Source of the DNA: an uncultured bacterium
Lineage (GTDB): Bacteria > Fidelibacterota > Marinisomatia > Marinisomatales > TCS55
Assembly: GCA_964466265.1 (NCBI GenBank)
Contig: CAYXMX010000002.1
Span: 15,340-79,339 of the forward strand
Direction of reading: 5' to 3'
Length of the DNA: 64,000 bases
Shown: one piece after another, positions 20,049 to 30,636 of the stretch
Position numbering within the stretch: position 1 is the first letter of the stretch
Layout: each line of letters opens with the position of its first letter
The notes under the pieces: generated by a model
What the model was told of the DNA's origin: nothing
Seen by the model: the letters and a program-made list of their open reading frames with translations, nothing else
The model's database searches: none
Made by a program: the position numbers and the translations under genes

Positions 20049-21314
20049 ATGAAAAATAATCGTCTGCCTAAATTGATCAGTATTGGTGTTACAGCCATTT
20101 TTTTCTCAATGTGTGTTCCCCCTGAAGAAAGTACCAATGATGAAGATGCAGCATACAAAGCATATATGGACTCACTCCGTGAAGTGCGTTGTCCAAGACT
20201 CATGAGCAGTGCAGCCGAGTATTATAAAAACAAAGACTGGGAATCCACCATAAATGTCTATCGGGAAATTATTGAATTGGGATGCGATCAGGACGATCCC
20301 GTTTCGGTCTATCAATATTATGCAATTGCATATGAATATTTGGGAATGTTTGATAGTTCTGAGTTTGTTTTAGTCAAAGGATTGCAACAATTACCTAATA
20401 ATGTACAATTACGCAAACGATTAGTATATTCGTATTCTAAACAGGGTAAAACAGACTTGCAGATTTCTGAATTAATTCGCCTAAGTGAGTTAGTACCTAA
20501 TGACATAGAAATCAAAATGGATATTGCTGAATTATACGGTGACCAGGAATTATATACAGACCAAATAGATGTATTAGAAGAAATTCTAAACATTGATCCT
20601 TCAAACGAAAATGCTCAAAGTGAAATTGCAATCGCCTATGAAAAATCTGGAAAAGATCCTCTGGATATTTACCGTGAACGATTTAGAACTAATCCGGAAA
20701 ATGTATCTTATGGTATCGATCTGGCCGAAAGATTACTCATGGAAGAAGAAGCCAATGAAGCGGTTGATGTCCTGAAGAAAGTCATTAAAGTTGATAATAC
20801 GAGTAAACCAGCATATCGGAAACTGGCTCAGGCAAATTTTGCTGCGGATCGAATAGATGATGCCTCCGAAGCCTATGAAGAACTATATAAACTTAATCCC
20901 AGAGATATTCAGGTCGCATTAAAAATTTGTGATGTTAATACAGCAGGACAAAATTATGGTAAAGCATTAAGGTGGGCAGATAAAGTCATTTCGATGGATA
21001 AAAATAATGGAGAAGCCTACGGACGAAAAGGTAATGTTTATTACAAATCTTTTCAAGACTGTAGAACCGCATCCATTTCTTTAGATGATCGTGTAGTTGC
21101 CGCATTGGCACACCTTTATTTCAACAAAGCAGAAGAACATAATTATAATAGTTTTAAAACTTCAAGAACCTGGTTAGAGGAAAATGAAGTTTTATTTACT
21201 CGTGCACAATGGTTTATGCTGGATGACGATATAAAAAATCAAGGATACGTAACTCCCAGAAATGAATGTTATAATTGGGTGCAGGAAAAACTTAAAAAAG
21301 ATCAAAACTGGTAA
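20049..21314 (+). CDS. TPR-repeat lipoprotein
   Basis: AAGGAG 5 nt upstream of the ATG. Lipobox-like AIFFSMC. Multiple TPR-like A..Y......G....A units. Confidence 0.6.
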   Translation: MKNNRLPKLISIGVTAIFFSMCVPPEESTNDEDAAYKAYMDSLREVRCPRLMSSAAEYYKNKDWESTINVYREIIELGCDQDDPVSVYQYYAIAYEYLGMFDSSEFVLVKGLQQLPNNVQLRKRLVYSYSKQGKTDLQISELIRLSELVPNDIEIKMDIAELYGDQELYTDQIDVLEEILNIDPSNENAQSEIAIAYEKSGKDPLDIYRERFRTNPENVSYGIDLAERLLMEEEANEAVDVLKKVIKVDNTSKPAYRKLAQANFAADRIDDASEAYEELYKLNPRDIQVALKICDVNTAGQNYGKALRWADKVISMDKNNGEAYGRKGNVYYKSFQDCRTASISLDDRVVAALAHLYFNKAEEHNYNSFKTSRTWLEENEVLFTRAQWFMLDDDIKNQGYVTPRNECYNWVQEKLKKDQNW

Positions 21315-21335
21315 TTCCTTCATCGGGATTAAATC

Positions 21336-22634
21336 ATGTCTTATTTGAAAGAAACAGATCCACGGTTATATCAAATATTGCAAGAAGAAATATCAAGAGA
21401 ATCGTCAACCCTTGAGCTCATCGCATCTGAAAATTTTGTAAGCTACCCCGTTTTGGAAATGGCCGGAGGGGTCATGACCAATAAATATGCTGAAGGATAT
21501 CCTGGAAAACGATACTACGGTGGGTGCGAATATGTCGATGAAGCCGAAAATTTAGCCCGTAATCGTGCAAAAACGCTTTTCAAGGCAGAATATTCAAATG
21601 TTCAACCTCATTCCGGTTCACAAGCCAATATGGCTGCTTTATTAACTTTCGTTAACCCTGGCGAAACGATTATGGGTTTAGATTTGGCTCACGGGGGGCA
21701 TTTAACTCATGGAAGTCCCGTGAACTTTTCAGGAAAACTGTTTAATGTTGTTTCTTATCATGTCGATCGGCAGACGGGAAGAGTTGATTTTGACGAAGTG
21801 CATAAGCTGGCAAAAGAATTTAAACCAAAACTGATTATTTGCGGTGGGAGTGCTTATCCTCGGTTTATTGAATTTGAAGAATTCAGAGCAGTTGCAGATG
21901 AAATTGATGCATTTCTGATGGCTGATATTGCTCATCCTTCCGGTTTGGTAGCCACGGGGTTACATCCTTCACCAATGCCATATTGTGATGTGGTTACAAC
22001 AACGACCCATAAAACGCTTCGAGGCCCCAGAGGGGGAATGATTCTGATGGGTAAGGACAGGGAAAACCCTTTTGGCATTGTGGCGCCCAAATCTGGTCGA
22101 GTAAAAAATATATCAGAATTAATTGATTCAATGGTGATGCCTGGAATACAAGGTGGACCCTTAATGCACATCATTGCTGCCAAAGCAGTTGCATTTGGTG
22201 AAGCACTTAAACCTGAATTTAAAAAATATACTTCTCATGTTGTCGCCAATGCAAAAAAAATGGCAAATGAATTAATTAAGAAAAATTATCATCTTGTGTC
22301 CGGTGGAACGGATACTCATGTTGTTCTTATTGATTTGACCCAAAAAGGGATTACAGGCAAGACGGCTGAAAAAGCATTGGAAAAAGCAGGAATTACAGTT
22401 AATAAAAATATGGTTCCCTTTGATGAACGGAGCCCGTTTATTACCAGTGGACTAAGGATTGGCACACCAGCAATTACTACGCGGGGTATGAGAGAAGATG
22501 AAATAGTAACCATTTCTAGCTTGATTGATCAAATTATTACCCATCCAGACAATGATGATGTGATTACCTCCGTCCGAAACTCTGTGAAAGAATTATGTAA
22601 AGCATTTCCTCTTTACAGTGATTTGCCAAATTAA
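21336..22634 (+). CDS. glyA: serine hydroxymethyltransferase
   Basis: [22 protein letters not shown] and the PLP-lysine motif [14 protein letters not shown]. Confidence 0.97.
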   Translation: MSYLKETDPRLYQILQEEISRESSTLELIASENFVSYPVLEMAGGVMTNKYAEGYPGKRYYGGCEYVDEAENLARNRAKTLFKAEYSNVQPHSGSQANMAALLTFVNPGETIMGLDLAHGGHLTHGSPVNFSGKLFNVVSYHVDRQTGRVDFDEVHKLAKEFKPKLIICGGSAYPRFIEFEEFRAVADEIDAFLMADIAHPSGLVATGLHPSPMPYCDVVTTTTHKTLRGPRGGMILMGKDRENPFGIVAPKSGRVKNISELIDSMVMPGIQGGPLMHIIAAKAVAFGEALKPEFKKYTSHVVANAKKMANELIKKNYHLVSGGTDTHVVLIDLTQKGITGKTAEKALEKAGITVNKNMVPFDERSPFITSGLRIGTPAITTRGMREDEIVTISSLIDQIITHPDNDDVITSVRNSVKELCKAFPLYSDLPN

Positions 22635-22675
22635 TATCTGTCTACCTTTCTTTAAAACTTATCAATATTTTTCAA

Positions 22676-23533
22676 ATGATACTTAATCGAATTTTTCGGA
22701 TTCTGATTTTATTAGTTGGAATTTTCTGGATATGGTCATGTTCGTCCGCTTATTACTTAGAGCACCATCCAAATCTGACAGAAAATATATTGTATAACCG
22801 TGTGACCCATGCAGAAAAAAAATTAAATCATCGCCCTGCGAATCCTGAATTATTATTAAAAGCTTGTAAACTACGGACTGAATACACTTATGCTTTTACT
22901 ATGGAAGAGGCTGACCGATTAATTGAATCAGATTATCATAAAGGAAAAGAACGATACAATAAAGCACTAACAAGTTTTGAACTGGCTATGGATAATGGTA
23001 AAAAAGCATTGATGATACTTTATCCTGATTTAACTAGCTTGACCCGCGAGACGATAAAGAATCACCGGTTTAAGCAAGATGATATTCCATATTTATATTG
23101 GTTAGCCGCGGCCTATGGAGGAGCTATTAGTTCCAGTAGAGGAAAAGCAAAATGGATTATTCAATTACCAATAGTTGGAGATTTGCTTGAGGCCGCACTG
23201 CAAGTTGATGAATCTTGGCAACAGGGAGCAATTCATAATGCGTTGATAACCTATTCTATGGTTAGAACAGATATAGGTGGTAAAAATGTAGAAGAAGCAA
23301 CTATGCATTATAAAAAAAGTATGGAATTTTCAGAGTCAAAAGATTTAAGTGCTCAGGTATCTTATGCAGAAAATGTTTTAGTATTTTTACAAAAAAAAAC
23401 CGAATTTAACTTTATAATAAATGAAGTGATTAAACAAGATATCTCTGCTTCGAATGACTTAGAATTGGGGAATATCGTTGCTCAAAATAGAGCTCAATGG
23501 TTACTTTCCAGAAAGGATGAATTGTTTTACTAA
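22676..23533 (+). CDS. TRAP-transporter-associated TatT-like helical-repeat protein
   Basis: Lipoprotein-like start (WIWSCSS). YLYWLAAAYGGAISSS and the C-terminal NIVAQNRAQWLLSRKDELF resemble the TatT component family. Sits immediately upstream of the dctP-type and fused dctQM-type genes. Confidence 0.55.
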   Translation: MILNRIFRILILLVGIFWIWSCSSAYYLEHHPNLTENILYNRVTHAEKKLNHRPANPELLLKACKLRTEYTYAFTMEEADRLIESDYHKGKERYNKALTSFELAMDNGKKALMILYPDLTSLTRETIKNHRFKQDDIPYLYWLAAAYGGAISSSRGKAKWIIQLPIVGDLLEAALQVDESWQQGAIHNALITYSMVRTDIGGKNVEEATMHYKKSMEFSESKDLSAQVSYAENVLVFLQKKTEFNFIINEVIKQDISASNDLELGNIVAQNRAQWLLSRKDELFY

Positions 23534-23534
23534 A

Positions 23535-24548
23535 ATGAATAAAATAAAATTTATTTTTTGTTGTTTCCTAATAATGAGCCATGTGTATGGAAAGAAAACA
23601 ATTATTAAAATGGCTACTCTGGTTCCTGAAGGATCTGATTGGTATGGTATGCTGGTTGAAATGGGTCAAAGATGGAAAGAAGAAACTAATGGCCAAATTA
23701 TATTAAGAATATATCCTGGTGGTGTTGTTGGTGACGAGAGAGATATGATCAGGAAAATTCGAATTGGCCAAATACATGCAGCAGCAGTTTCATCTGAAGG
23801 ATTATCAGAAGTAAACCCGGATGTCACCGGGTTTGTCATTCCATTAATTTTCGATGATTATGATGATGTGGATTGGCTTCGTAATAAGATGTCTGTTCAA
23901 CTAGAAGAAGGTATGAGAAAGAATGGCTTCGAAGTGCTACTTTGGGCTGATGTGGGATGGGCGAAATGGTTTTCAACGAAACCCATTGTTTATCTGGATG
24001 ATTTAAAAGGAATGAAAATATTTACTTGGGCAGGAGATTACCGGACCCAAAGTTTGTGGGAAAGCGCTGGATTTCAGGCAGTTCCATTATCTTCCATTGA
24101 TATTTTATCCGGGATGCAGACTGGGCTAATTAATGCTATTGCCACTACGCCCCTATATGCACTATCACAGCAGTGGTTTACAAAAGCAAACTATATGTTA
24201 GATATTAACTGGGGTATTCTGACAGCTGGTGTGATTATTGATAAAAAAATCTGGGATAAAATTCCTTCAGAGCAACAGGTTATATTAAAGAAGATTTCTC
24301 GTGAAATTGGTATCAAACATCAGAAGACAACCCGATTTCAGGATAATGAAGCCATAGAGACCATGAAGGAATATGGGTTAATTGTCCATAAACCTACATT
24401 AGATGAAAAAGCCCAGTGGAAGAACTACTTAAAAACATGGTATCCGGAAATCAGAGGTAAATATGTTACAGAAGAAACATTTGATATGGTAATCAAATAT
24501 ATGGCGGAAAAAGATTCAATTGAATCTAATCTATCCAATAAAAAATAA
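23535..24548 (+). CDS. TRAP transporter substrate-binding protein (DctP family)
   Basis: Start moved to ATG 23535 (MNKIKFIFCCF signal peptide), 1 nt after the upstream stop. DctP-like KMATLVPEGSDW...RIYPGGVVGDERDMIRKIRIGQIHAAAVS. Confidence 0.8.
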   Translation: MNKIKFIFCCFLIMSHVYGKKTIIKMATLVPEGSDWYGMLVEMGQRWKEETNGQIILRIYPGGVVGDERDMIRKIRIGQIHAAAVSSEGLSEVNPDVTGFVIPLIFDDYDDVDWLRNKMSVQLEEGMRKNGFEVLLWADVGWAKWFSTKPIVYLDDLKGMKIFTWAGDYRTQSLWESAGFQAVPLSSIDILSGMQTGLINAIATTPLYALSQQWFTKANYMLDINWGILTAGVIIDKKIWDKIPSEQQVILKKISREIGIKHQKTTRFQDNEAIETMKEYGLIVHKPTLDEKAQWKNYLKTWYPEIRGKYVTEETFDMVIKYMAEKDSIESNLSNKK

Positions 24549-26356
24549 TGTTTGAAATAGTTCCCCAAAAAAAATTGAGCCTTAAATGGGGAGAAGATAT
24601 TCTTGCTCTGACTGTATTTTTTCTTTTGGTTTTTATCCCATTCTTCGAAACGATTTCAAGACTTTTTGGACGATCGGGGGTTCCTGCATCCCCAGTGCTC
24701 GTTCAACATCTGACATTATGGATTGGATTTGTTGGCGCTGTACTAGCAACAAGGCAGAATCGATTACTCGCATTGACCACTAAACCATTATTCATCCCAG
24801 ACGAAGATTTTCATTTAGGGCGGTGGTTGGCAAAAAACGTATCCTTTATCGTAGTTATTATGCTTATGTGGGGAAGTTTTCAGCTGGTGAAAATTGAATT
24901 TCAATATCCTTTTAATATTACTCCTAACATCCCCAGGTGGTTTGTTCAAATTGTAATGCCATTGTCGTTTGCTTTAATGGCGATCCAAATATTTTTAAAT
25001 AGTTTTTCCAATCATGTTCTAAGAAGCACCATGTTGATGATTACCATCATGTGGATGTTTATTGCTTTATCCGATGCGTTTAATGATAATACTATCATTT
25101 TGATTCTGGGTTGTCTTGCGATTCTTGTTTCTTTGTACTACGGTGCACCCATATTTATTGGTTTAGGCGGAATTGCTGCTCTTTTGTTTTGGAGTGATTA
25201 TACGCCGATTTCTGCTATTCCGGCCGATGCCTATAGAATAGTTGTTTCACCCTCATTACCAACTATACCACTTTTTACCTTAGCTGGTTACATACTGGCT
25301 GAGAGTCAGGCCTCATTACGCATTGTGAATGTATTTAGGGTTCTGTTTGGATGGATTCCTGGAGGAACACCGATTGTCATCGTTTTTTTATGTGGATTTT
25401 TTACTGCATTAACTGGAGGCTCCGGGGTAACGATTCTTGCATTAGGAGGACTATTATACCCTTTGTTAAGGAAGGAGGGGTACAATGATCTATTTTCTCT
25501 TGGACTTATTACAGTCTCTGGCTCACTGGGGTTATTGTTTCCACCAAGCCTACCCGCAATCATTTTTGGGGTAACCGCAGGCGTATCTATTAAAGATATA
25601 TTTATGGCGGGGCTCATTCCTGGATTCATTTTAGTAATTGCAGTGGCTGGCTGGTCTATTTTTCAGGAAAGAACGGGAAGTAAGCTAGTGGAACATATTA
25701 AGGCTAAAGATATTGCAGATGCTCTTTGGAAAGCTAAATGGGAAATATTAATTCCTGTTATCGTTCTTGTGGGTATATTTAGTGGTTTCACAACATTGGT
25801 TGAAACTGCAGCAATGATTGTATTCTATACATTTATTATCGAGGTCGTTGTATATAAAGATCTTAAAATGAATGATTTTCCCAAAATTGTTTTAGACTGT
25901 GCTACATTAATCGGTGGTGTGCTGATCATACTTGGGGTAGCTATGGGATTAACAAGTTATCTGGTGGATGCGCAAATCCCTATTCTCTTATTGGACTGGG
26001 TTAAATCAGCAATAACATCAAAAATAGTTTTTCTTCTTATGTTAAATGTTTTTCTACTGGCCGTCGGATGTTTGATGGATATTTTTTCTGCCATTATTGT
26101 TGTTGTACCCCTTATTATGCCATTAGGTAAGCATTTTGGAATTGACCCTGTTCATTTAGCTGTTATATTTATTGCTAATATGGAACTTGGTTTTCTAACA
26201 CCACCTGTTGGAATAAACCTGTTTTTATCTGCCTATCGATTTAACAGAGATATGCCAACCATTTATAAAGCGACCTTACCATTTTTTGTGGTTCGATTTA
26301 TTGTTGTATTATTGATCACTTATGTACCCATTATATCTTTAGGGTTACTTCAGTAA
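24548..26356 (+). CDS. TRAP transporter fused small/large permease (DctQ-DctM fusion)
   Basis: 602 aa polytopic protein. N-terminal module of about 170 aa with 4 TM helices, followed by a DctM-like module (GGSGVTILALGGLLYPLL, LTPPVGINLF). TAATG overlap with the binding-protein gene. Confidence 0.85.
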   Translation: MFEIVPQKKLSLKWGEDILALTVFFLLVFIPFFETISRLFGRSGVPASPVLVQHLTLWIGFVGAVLATRQNRLLALTTKPLFIPDEDFHLGRWLAKNVSFIVVIMLMWGSFQLVKIEFQYPFNITPNIPRWFVQIVMPLSFALMAIQIFLNSFSNHVLRSTMLMITIMWMFIALSDAFNDNTIILILGCLAILVSLYYGAPIFIGLGGIAALLFWSDYTPISAIPADAYRIVVSPSLPTIPLFTLAGYILAESQASLRIVNVFRVLFGWIPGGTPIVIVFLCGFFTALTGGSGVTILALGGLLYPLLRKEGYNDLFSLGLITVSGSLGLLFPPSLPAIIFGVTAGVSIKDIFMAGLIPGFILVIAVAGWSIFQERTGSKLVEHIKAKDIADALWKAKWEILIPVIVLVGIFSGFTTLVETAAMIVFYTFIIEVVVYKDLKMNDFPKIVLDCATLIGGVLIILGVAMGLTSYLVDAQIPILLLDWVKSAITSKIVFLLMLNVFLLAVGCLMDIFSAIIVVVPLIMPLGKHFGIDPVHLAVIFIANMELGFLTPPVGINLFLSAYRFNRDMPTIYKATLPFFVVRFIVVLLITYVPIISLGLLQ

Positions 26357-26517
26357 ATGTGGGAACAATCACATTCCAGATTCATTTCTTGACTATAGAT
26401 GAACGTGAAGAATATATTCGCCACCGTTAAAAAGGAGCTTTATCGAAGGTAAATCGTTATTACTTATTAAAAGAGAATAACAGGCAGGACTTACTGTCGA
26501 AACAGGAGATTATATTA

Positions 26518-27900
26518 ATGAAACGATTATTCATGGTTGTTGCCATGACCTTTTTAACCATCATTAATCCAATTCGTCCACAAAGTGAGGCTGGAGCAAT
26601 CTTTTTGCTCATTTCCCCTGGTGCAAGAGCTGGTGGTATGGGGGAGGCTCAGGTGGCAGTGGCAGATGATGCATATGCTACTTTTTGGAACCCGGCAGGT
26701 CTTGCTTTTTTAAAGGGATCCGAAATGGCCCTTATGCATGTAAATTGGCTTCCAAACCTGGCGGACGACATGTATTATGAATTTTTCGCCTATCGTAAAC
26801 ATATACCATACTTAGGAACTGTTGGAGGCCATTTAATCTATTTGAACCTTGGTGAACAGATCAGAATGGGTGAATCTCCTGATGATTATTTGGGGACATT
26901 TACCAGTTACATGATGGCTTTATCTCTATCTTATAGTTCAATGTTAACTCGTAAAACCTCATTAGGAATTAATGCAAAAGTTTCCTACCAGCATTTAACA
27001 GAATTTGGTGCGGGTGGAGAAAAGGGAAAAGGAACATCAACAGATTTTGGCTTTGATATTGGCTATCTACATAAAGAATTCTTAAGTCCCAGATTGACGA
27101 TGGGAATGACCGTTACCAATATTGGTCCAAAGGTTTCTTTTATTGACCCCGCCCAAGCGGATCCACAACCGACCAACTTTACTCTGGGATTAAATTTTGC
27201 ATTGATTAAATCTCAGTATAATAGACTGAATCTGGTTTATGATGTTGACAAACTTTTGGTTGCTGCTTATCCAGATATGGATTGGGATGGGGATGGCTAC
27301 GTCGGCGGATTTGATGAATTTGGGCATAAATCAGATAAGAATGCCGGGTATAATAAAGATGGACAGCAAGAGACAGCTCACTCGGATCCTATTTACATAG
27401 GTATTTTTACATCGTGGGTAGATGATTGGTTGTTAGGCGGAGATATGGATATGATTGGTAGTACCAGCGATGAATACGACCATTTAATTGGTGGCTATAA
27501 GTGGGATGATCAGTCTGGAAACCCAGATCGCCCCGGTTGGGGGAATGGAAAAATCGAAAAAGATGAAGGCGAAATAATTCCTACAGACGGAAAGCCCGGT
27601 GACCCCGGATGGGGGCCTTATAATGAATTCGGCCAAAAGGAAGTAGGAAGTGCTAAAAGACGTACGATTAAAAATGAACTTGATAAACTGATCCATAATA
27701 TGGGGGTTGAGTACTGGTATGGCGAATATTTTGCCTTAAGGGCTGGTTATCTTTACGATAAAACGGGTAAAATAATGAACCCGACATTTGGTGTAGGATT
27801 AAGGTTTGCAAACTACGGATTTGATTTTGGATATATCTCAGGTGAACCTGATCACCCACTGGCCAATACCATGCGTTTTTCGTTGAATATGGAATTTTAA
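26518..27900 (+). CDS. PorV/PorQ-family outer-membrane beta-barrel with a large acidic insert
   Basis: Signal peptide. The family signature is GARAGGMGEAQVAVADDAYATFWNPAGLAF. C-terminal strands end in MRFSLNMEF (terminal Phe). An Asp/Gly-rich insert of about 150 aa spans residues about 245-392. Confidence 0.7.
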   Translation: MKRLFMVVAMTFLTIINPIRPQSEAGAIFLLISPGARAGGMGEAQVAVADDAYATFWNPAGLAFLKGSEMALMHVNWLPNLADDMYYEFFAYRKHIPYLGTVGGHLIYLNLGEQIRMGESPDDYLGTFTSYMMALSLSYSSMLTRKTSLGINAKVSYQHLTEFGAGGEKGKGTSTDFGFDIGYLHKEFLSPRLTMGMTVTNIGPKVSFIDPAQADPQPTNFTLGLNFALIKSQYNRLNLVYDVDKLLVAAYPDMDWDGDGYVGGFDEFGHKSDKNAGYNKDGQQETAHSDPIYIGIFTSWVDDWLLGGDMDMIGSTSDEYDHLIGGYKWDDQSGNPDRPGWGNGKIEKDEGEIIPTDGKPGDPGWGPYNEFGQKEVGSAKRRTIKNELDKLIHNMGVEYWYGEYFALRAGYLYDKTGKIMNPTFGVGLRFANYGFDFGYISGEPDHPLANTMRFSLNMEF

Positions 27901-27933
27901 TTCCACTATTCTATTCAAGAGTATTTTTTCTAA

Positions 27934-30633
27934 ATGAAACATATATTCCCAATATTCATCATATTGATGATATGCATACCCCTATCTGGAGAAATAACAG
28001 GAGATATTGCAATAAAGGTTATCAGGGTTTCCTTCCTTGAAGATGACATAGAGGGCACAACTGGAAATGGAGATTATCTATATTCTTCAACAATTAGCGA
28101 GTGTGATCAATACACCGTTGACCCTCCACCCCATGATAGAGATTATTTCCAATCTCAATTAACTGCATTGGACCATTATTTTAGAGAAGTGTCTTATGGA
28201 AAGTTTGGCATTGATATAGATCAATCAGTGATTTACCCATCGGTCAATGAAGGCAGTTATCAATTATCCAATCAAATGAATTATTATCATCCATACAGTG
28301 AAGATAATCTTCATGAAAAGAGAATTACCTCTTTATTCGTCGAATCAGTTGAAAAAGCATATGATGATGATGGGATAGAATTTAATTCCCGTGATTTAGT
28401 TGTAGTAATCCATGCAGGGATTGGACAGGATTTTTCATTACCTTTTCTGGATCCTACACCCGAAGATATACCGTCTACGTATATTGATCCTGAAATGTTG
28501 TTGAATTACCATGAGGGACCTGTGGTTATTGGAAATTCCATCATTGAGCATGGAATCATACTACCGGAAACACAAAACCATTTATTATTTGATATCGCAA
28601 AGGACATGTTTGCCAGTTCGGAAACACCTTGTGAGTATCAGTTTGGTCTCACTGGTACATTTTCTCTCATGGTTGGGTTTGCAATCGGCCTTCCACCAAT
28701 GTGGAATGTTGAATCGGGAGAAAGCGGTATTGGTGTGTTTGGCTTGATGGACCAAGGGTCGAATAACGGAAGAGGATTAATTCCTGCACCACCGAATGCC
28801 TGGACACGGATTTATGCGGGGTGGGAAACACCCAGAGTTGTCAGACCTGAACTGGATGTTTATTTATCTTCAAGATCAGAAAATAATATTGTTCAGGTTA
28901 ATATTAATAATCGCGAATATTATTTAATTGAAAACAGAACAAACTGGCATAGAAATAAGGTTTCCATTGATTCATCTAGATTTCTGATTTATAATCAAAA
29001 CGGTAGAGATCGTTACCCACCCTTTGTTGAAGTACTATTCGATTCAGTCAACATTGAAATGGATACAAATGGTGTAGTAATATCTATCCCTGATTATGAT
29101 TTGGGGTTCAGTGCATCAGGCCTTTTAATCTGGCATATCGATGAAGACAGGATTGAGTTAGGGTTAAATACCTATTCAATAAATGGTGATAGAGAGAGTC
29201 GAGGGATAGACCTAGAAGAAGCAGATGGCGCACAGGATATAGGATATCCTAATATATTTTTATTTTCGGATCCGACAACTGGTTATTTTGGGGATATGTG
29301 GTTTCAAGGAAACCCTGAATATGTACGACTTTATCCAGATTATAAAGAGTTGCCCATCGAATTTGGCCCATTTACTTATCCAAATACAAAAAGCAATGAT
29401 GGTGCAACGACCTATTTAAGCATTAACCAAATTGGTATGCCTGGAGATACCATGTCTTTTTCGATTACGAATTCTTTACTTGTTAATGGACTTCCTGATA
29501 CTTCTCTACATATCGGATTGGTTTATGATTTCGACGATAATGGTATTAATGAAATAGTCGGAGGAATAGGAGAATTATGGGTTGGAGAAGAAATGGAATT
29601 AAGTAAGCGAACCACTTTCTACCAAACACCAAATGTAATCTATGATTTTTCAATAGGAACCTTTGATGGAGAAGACAAATTGGTAATATCTGAGAGGGAT
29701 GGATCATCTTCCGTCGTTTCCTATTTTTCATGGAATCCTGTCTCTAATATACTGGAATTGATTAATCAACAAACCATGAACAGCCCTTATATCTTGTTTA
29801 TTAATGAAGGAAATAATAGCCATCTATATTTAGAGAATCCCCAAGAAAGTGAATTAGATACTAAGGTGATTTATGAAGATAACTCCTTAGACAGTGTCTC
29901 AGGAATATCATGGGTTTCTCTTGCAGATATTGACTTAGACGGAAGCCCAGAATACGTATATAATAACGGAGCAGGTAAATTATCTGTAGAACATATGAAT
30001 GGTATTACTTTTTCAGGATTTCCCATGGAGGTGAGGAACAGTGGAAAAACGGCGCTAATAAAAAATATTATTGGTGACAGCCATCCTGAAATCATTATAC
30101 AAAATAGTGCCGGTGAAATCGTAATTATTAATTGGAAAGGGAATATAGAATATCGTTTAACTAATTATGGCAGCTTGGTTTGTTTAAGTGATTATAATGG
30201 GAGAAATGCAGTTGTTACTGAATCAGCAATCTGGGTTTTTAATTTAATCAGTGAAAATTTTGGGAATGAATGGACGTCTACTCATCATGATTTTGGTAAT
30301 TCGAGGACACTTCAATTACAGATTCCCAAACGAATACCAGATACGTCATTAATTGATAAAAAAAAGACGTATGCATACCCAAACCCAGCATATCGTGGGA
30401 ATGTAACTTTCCGAGTAGCAGTAGAATCGGCAGAAAATGTAGAAATTATAATATATGATTTTGCCGGATATTTTGTAAAACGATATAAGATGACTAATCT
30501 AGTTCCCGGAATTGTACATGAAAGGAATTGGAATATAGATAAAGTTGAATCCGGAGTATATTTTGTTAATGTGACTGCAACAAAAGGGACTGAAACGGAT
30601 CTAAAAATATTAAAAATCGGAATTATCAAATAG
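27934..30633 (+). CDS. T9SS-sorted secreted protein with FG-GAP/VCBS-like repeats (protease-like N-terminal region lacking HExxH)
   Basis: Signal peptide. The C-terminal 85 aa, YAYPNPAYRGNVTFRV...VEIIIYDFAGYFVKRY...GVYFVNVTATKGTETDLKILKIGIIK, match the T9SS type A sorting domain pattern. FG-GAP-like DFDDNGINEIVGG and ADIDLDGSPEYVY. GLLIWHIDE and GIDLEEADGAQD resemble InhA/M6-like proteins, but no HExxH is present. Confidence 0.7.
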   Translation: MKHIFPIFIILMICIPLSGEITGDIAIKVIRVSFLEDDIEGTTGNGDYLYSSTISECDQYTVDPPPHDRDYFQSQLTALDHYFREVSYGKFGIDIDQSVIYPSVNEGSYQLSNQMNYYHPYSEDNLHEKRITSLFVESVEKAYDDDGIEFNSRDLVVVIHAGIGQDFSLPFLDPTPEDIPSTYIDPEMLLNYHEGPVVIGNSIIEHGIILPETQNHLLFDIAKDMFASSETPCEYQFGLTGTFSLMVGFAIGLPPMWNVESGESGIGVFGLMDQGSNNGRGLIPAPPNAWTRIYAGWETPRVVRPELDVYLSSRSENNIVQVNINNREYYLIENRTNWHRNKVSIDSSRFLIYNQNGRDRYPPFVEVLFDSVNIEMDTNGVVISIPDYDLGFSASGLLIWHIDEDRIELGLNTYSINGDRESRGIDLEEADGAQDIGYPNIFLFSDPTTGYFGDMWFQGNPEYVRLYPDYKELPIEFGPFTYPNTKSNDGATTYLSINQIGMPGDTMSFSITNSLLVNGLPDTSLHIGLVYDFDDNGINEIVGGIGELWVGEEMELSKRTTFYQTPNVIYDFSIGTFDGEDKLVISERDGSSSVVSYFSWNPVSNILELINQQTMNSPYILFINEGNNSHLYLENPQESELDTKVIYEDNSLDSVSGISWVSLADIDLDGSPEYVYNNGAGKLSVEHMNGITFSGFPMEVRNSGKTALIKNIIGDSHPEIIIQNSAGEIVIINWKGNIEYRLTNYGSLVCLSDYNGRNAVVTESAIWVFNLISENFGNEWTSTHHDFGNSRTLQLQIPKRIPDTSLIDKKKTYAYPNPAYRGNVTFRVAVESAENVEIIIYDFAGYFVKRYKMTNLVPGIVHERNWNIDKVESGVYFVNVTATKGTETDLKILKIGIIK

Positions 30634-30636
30634 AGG

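Noticed and set aside
26389-26418. Sigma-70-like promoter (TTGACT, 18-nt spacer, TATATT) upstream of the PorV-like gene
   Set aside because: It is plausible but not claimable. AT-rich spacers produce such matches by chance, and FCB-group bacteria often use a different promoter consensus. It needs transcription start mapping.
25306-30629. Minus-strand ORFs 25306..25629, 27484..27859, 29546..30095 and 30312..30629
   Set aside because: All are nested antisense within the TRAP permease, the PorV-like gene and the T9SS cargo gene. There is no independent support for them.
27934-30633. Calling the 899-aa CTD protein PorU because it is adjacent to a PorV-like gene
   Set aside because: PorU is a gingipain-like (C25) cysteine peptidase. 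I see no His/Cys catalytic dyad context or C25-like motifs, so only the sorting domain is supportable.
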